Positions 61,001 through 64,000 of a stretch of 64,000 nucleotides of DNA are shown one piece after another. The DNA is from Marsupella aquatica (Eukaryota; Plantae; Marchantiophyta). The first letter of the stretch is position 1; each line of letters starts with the position of its first letter. A program made the translations under genes and the position numbers. The notes under the pieces are model-generated. The model made no database searches. It was not told the DNA's origin and was given only the letters and a program-made list of their open reading frames with translations. The stretch lies in the NCBI GenBank assembly GCA_973895155.1, contig OZ316896.1:4531925-4595924 (forward strand), read 5' to 3'.

Positions 61001-64000
61001 TGAATCCTCTGACCTGAGCCCAGTATGTTAACAGATCTTCAAAACAACATGATGTTGCTCCTGCTGTGTAAGGTCTAGGTTATGATTTGCGTGATGTGGC
61101 AGACTTCGAAGTTCATCCAAGAAGAGGAGGCCTTGAAAGCTGGGCTGGTTGATGCAGTTGTACCAGCTGAGAAACTTCTGACCGAGGCACGCAGATGGGC
61201 TGTCGATATTTCCACAGGTCGAAAGCCTTGGAATAGATCCCTGGAACGGACAGATCATTTAGGGTCGGACGATGAAACTTTCAAACTAATCAAGGAGGGG
61301 AGGGTCAAAGTCAAAAGGATGTCTCCAAATGTACCTCATCCATCAGCATGCTTGGATGCAGTTGAAGCTGGGTTTTCAAAAGACCCATACTTTGGAACTG
61401 TTGAGGTGAGGTGCTCTCAGGATGTGAACGAATGTTTGTCGACGTTCCCTGTCTTGATACCTGGGTTGAGAGTCTTTGACGCAGATTAAACAGACTAGCT
61501 GCTCAACCAATCAGGTGGTGGTATCTGGCAAATATTTGTGAGCCGATCATAGTTGGTTGTGACTGTTTCAGTGGCTTCTTGATTCTGCAAAAAATGGCGT
61601 CAGCAGTCTCCTTATCACCTTTGTGTGGTGCGGTGCTCGTAATGCACTTTCTTGTTTTCAAATCTGGGTGCTGTTACGGGAGGAAACCTGATGGACAAAA
61701 TCTCTGTTAGCAATCTAGCGGGCATTTTCAGTACATTAGTTTGTGGTTGTTCAGTATGACTCCAACCAGTGGATGGTTACCAAAAAATTATCCTGATGAT
61801 TTCTTGGCAGGAGGGAAAAATATCTTTAGATCTTCAAATTACTCCCACAGCAAAGGGATTAATTCATGCCTTCTTTTCTGAGCGAGCAGTTCTCAAGGTG
61901 TGTAAACAAGCTCAATCGTATCCACCTTTGTGCCCTTGCATCAAGAAAGTTCGAGTGGTGTGAGAAGAATACTCTTCCAGATATGGCACTTGATACAAAC
62001 GAACAACGTTCAGAATCACTTGGGGTGCGACTTGTGCATAACACTTAAAAAAGCGGGAACCCTATCATGGTTATTTTTGTGCCCTCATCAGAATGAGCCA
62101 AATCCAATCCTGTTAAAAAATCTCTCTGACGGTCTCTGGCTCCTAATTCTTCCATTGTCCTCTTCAAAAACCTATTTGATTTATTAGCATAGGGTATTGC
62201 AAATTAGAAGAACAAATATAGCAGCTGAATTGTCATGGATCTATAGAGCATCTGAGGAAAGCCTGCTAAGGTTGCTTGATAGTCGTCTTTGCAATTGACT
62301 TAGTAAGCCTCAATACTACCTAACAGTTGATGCCACCTATAGTTCATTTAAAGGACATATTAAGTGGAACAATCTGTGGAATCTGTTCTCCATTTGTGTA
62401 TGAGAATGTAAATCCAGTATCTGGATTCCATTATTAGATCTGCTTTGTGTGAATATCTTTGCATATAATTTCGAATGCTGTGTCAAGGAAATGTCTTCCA
62501 TGTATTAATTACAAGTCACCTTCCAGGTTCCGGGGGTTACAGATCAAGGTTTGAAAGCACGACCAATGCGAAGTGCTGGGGTGGTAGGAGGCGGCTTGAT
62601 GGGGTCTGGCATCGTCACAGCAATGGTTCTCCAGAAAATCCCTGTAGTTCTCAAGGAAGTCAATTCAAAAGCTCTGGAGTATGGAATGAATATGATAAAA
62701 GGTTGCTTTCTTGTGGGAAAGTATGCTCCAAGTGATTGATGTGAAGTGGTGTGTTTTTGCATTCAGAGTTGCACGTGTCTTATTGCTAACATGCCAAACT
62801 TGCCAATTCTGGGTAATGTGCAAAAGTGGCCTCTCCATCTGATATCTTCTTTACTTGACTTTGACTTCAGCCAACGTTGAAAATCGGGCAGCAAGAGGTG
62901 GTTTTTCTGCACAGAAACTGCAAAGCACTCTAGCCCTTGTCAAAGGCACTCTAGACTTCAGAGACTTCAAAGACGTCGATATTGTCATCGAAGTAAGTTG
63001 GGCACTGAAACCAGGCCGTTTAGAAGTATTGGTGGGCCTGCACAATTTCATTTGTATTTCTCTGAAGGCAAATTTCTCTGAAGGCAAATTTGATCTGTTC
63101 TTGATAGCTGTGACTTTGGTTGAAACTCCATTAGTGATAATTCCTTGGTAATTGAGTGCTGATTTCTCTGGAACGTTGAGACCATTTCGGTTGCGGTGAA
63201 TGAACCGCTGGAACCGAAACTAACAAAAAATCTGTGGCGCACTCATCATGGAAATTTTAGCGTATATTTCTTAACTGGACCTGGTAGATAGATATACTCC
63301 CGTAGTATACAACCTATGAATAACATAGTGAATACATTAATCCAAAGTTTTATTACGCACAGGGGTGTAGCTAGAGAACCTTCCAGTCTATCAGAGAAGA
63401 ACTGAGATAGTCAATCACAAAGGGTCATTGACAATTCAAGTTTCAACTGGCTAATTTGACCAGTACTGGCTCCATGAAAGTGGAGGAAGACATTTTGAGG
63501 GAACGCATGAAATAGTAACTTTGGGTATGTGGGAATCAATGTTCAGGCTGTATTCGAGAGTGCGGAACTAAAGCAGAGTATATTTCAAAACCTCGAGAAG
63601 CATTGCAAACCTGATTGCATCTTGGCAACAAACACGTCTATGATCCTTCTCAGTGATGTTGGGGCAACGACCCCCAACAGCAATCACCGGATGGCTGGCA
63701 CTCATTTTTTCAGGTATTGCTTGCTAGATTGTTCAATCTGATCACAGAATTGTCAAACTTAGGTGTTCTTCTTATTAAAGATTAGCACTCGGCCTCTTGA
63801 CTGAAAATTCACTATTTGTGTTTCTTATCATTAGACAACTCAGGAACTTTGGGTAACCAGTTGTTTTGTTGACCAATGTGTTTGTTTCTGGGTGGGCAGT
63901 CCTGCACATGTGATGCCGCTGCTGGAGCTTGTGAGATCTCAAAAAACATCCCCTCAAGTCTTGTTGGACCTTATCAATTTCGGAAAAGTTCTCGGGAAAA
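58057..64000 (+). CDS. AIM1: Peroxisomal fatty-acid beta-oxidation multifunctional protein (AIM1/MFP-like), 5' part
   Basis: Exons encode VTMEVGDDGVAVITMFNPPVNSL, FSGGADI, ALGGGLELAM, LGLPELQLGIIPGLG, TQRLPRLVG, VVGGGLMGSGI, DIVIE|AVFE, ILATNTS and THFF|SPAHVMPLLE. The gene runs off the window end. Confidence 0.93.

Overview
Eukaryotic, intron-containing DNA from a land plant, probably a non-seed lineage such as a bryophyte (inference). Two host genes are present: BRCA2 (minus strand, ~12.1-19.0 kb) and the 5' part of a peroxisomal AIM1/MFP-type beta-oxidation gene (plus strand, 58.06 kb to the window end). Most of the rest is nested transposons. (1) A decayed Bianca-like Ty1/Copia element has a 7.4-kb TTAA-flanked Kolobok-type DNA transposon (transposase plus KolX) inserted in its 5' leader. 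(2) A Mutator element (23421-49196, ~395-bp TIRs, 10-bp TSD ATAAATAATA) has its transposase split by a 21.2-kb Sola1/DUF7869-like DDD transposon (25238-46424, 17-bp TIRs, CTTG TSD). The inner element carries cargo on the opposite strand: three F-box proteins, a ParB-like domain followed by a degenerate N6/N4-type methyltransferase-like fold, charged repeats, an Ulp1 SUMO protease and three FCP1-like HAD domains. Several cargo ORFs appear to be spliced into one polyprotein. A 16-bp palindrome ACGCG-N6-CGCGT occurs more than 20 times in this element, in introns, spacers and tandem arrays. Together these suggest a ParB/parS-like, sequence-specific anti-silencing system, which is the best candidate for a novel system here. 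All family assignments come from motif recognition by eye, not database searches.
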